This document shows positions 63,433-64,000 of a stretch of DNA of 64,000 nt, one piece after another; position 1 is the stretch's first letter; each line of letters starts with the position of its first letter. This DNA comes from a virus (lineage: Duplodnaviria; Caudoviricetes). A program made the translations under genes and the position numbers. The notes beneath the pieces were generated by a model, which searched no databases, was not told the origin of the DNA, and worked only from the letters and a program-made list of their open reading frames with translations. The stretch is taken from positions 1 through 64,000 of the IMG/VR virus record IMGVR_UViG_3300042363_000275, one strand, 5' to 3'.

Positions 63433-64000
63433 CAGTCACAGCAGAACCAAAGGAATAGTTTTCACGTACCCAATCCTTAAACGAATCATTTTCAAGTATC
63501 GTGTCCCAGAAGTCAGAGGATTCCGTGTCAGCAAATCGCCACTTCTTATTCTCAACTTCACCAGTGGTGGTGTTTACGCGAGCATACCAACCATTTGATG
63601 GCTTGATGACATGACCAGATTCAAGTGCCATATCCATGAGCCCAGAAAACCTGCTAACACCACCATCAAAACGGACAGAAACAGGGATTTTTGCCTTTTC
63701 GCGAACATAACGAGACTTTTCTACATTGATGATATAAGAATACCCTACAAGGTCAGCGCCTTCCTTTTCCTGCTGACGACCTAGGATATAGATATTGTCG
63801 GCAGAGTAATAAGAACCTGTACCACCGCCGACGATTGCCTTCGGGAACATACCAATTTCCATATAGGTGTGATTGACCACAACCATCGGGATATCCTTTA
63901 GCGTAAGGTGCGGTGTGACCATACGGAACAAAGACTTAATCTGCTTGGCGCGAGTCATGTCACCAACAGACTTTTGCTCAAGAGCATCTTCAACTTCTTT
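63413..64000 (-). CDS. uvsX: UvsX/RecA-like recombinase, 3' part (runs off the window)
   Basis: DMTRAKQIKSLFR..VVNHTY..GGGTGSYYSAD..VEKSRYVREK; frame open to the window edge. Confidence 0.92.
   Translation of the reverse strand, partial: KEVEDALEQKSVGDMTRAKQIKSLFRMVTPHLTLKDIPMVVVNHTYMEIGMFPKAIVGGGTGSYYSADNIYILGRQQEKEGADLVGYSYIINVEKSRYVREKAKIPVSVRFDGGVSRFSGLMDMALESGHVIKPSNGWYARVNTTTGEVENKKWRFADTESSDFWDTILENDSFKDWVRENYSFGSAVTVEEEDV

Noticed and set aside
1-64000. Stop-codon reassignment
   Set aside because: Core genes are intact under the standard code, TAG and TGA both end genes, and there is no CTA or TCA anticodon tRNA

Overview
A 64-kb segment of a large T4-like myophage genome, probably from a freshwater phage infecting Proteobacteria. 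Essentially every gene is on the minus strand. From left to right it contains: (1) early hypothetical genes; (2) a tRNA region (1.5-6.7 kb) with 28 recognisable tRNAs covering all 20 amino acids, three CCA-ended tRNA-like RNAs with no usable anticodon, and several structured spacers; (3) an early region of small ORFs driven by repeated sigma70-type promoters carrying IHF-consensus boxes; (4) a PlcP-like phosphoesterase and GT4 glycosyltransferase pair preceded by a Pho-box-like promoter; (5) glycosyltransferases, nrdJ, thyX, primase and spanins; (6) a CsgF/CsgG/curlin-like/FecR/CHASE2 adenylate cyclase module; (7) tail fibre, adhesin and collagen-like genes and a GH19-M15 endolysin; (8) probable head-internal proteins; (9) a three-gene dTDP-rhamnose pathway; (10) gp41 helicase and a partial uvsX. 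All tRNA calls, RNA folds and protein family calls were made by eye from motifs; no database search or folding program was run.
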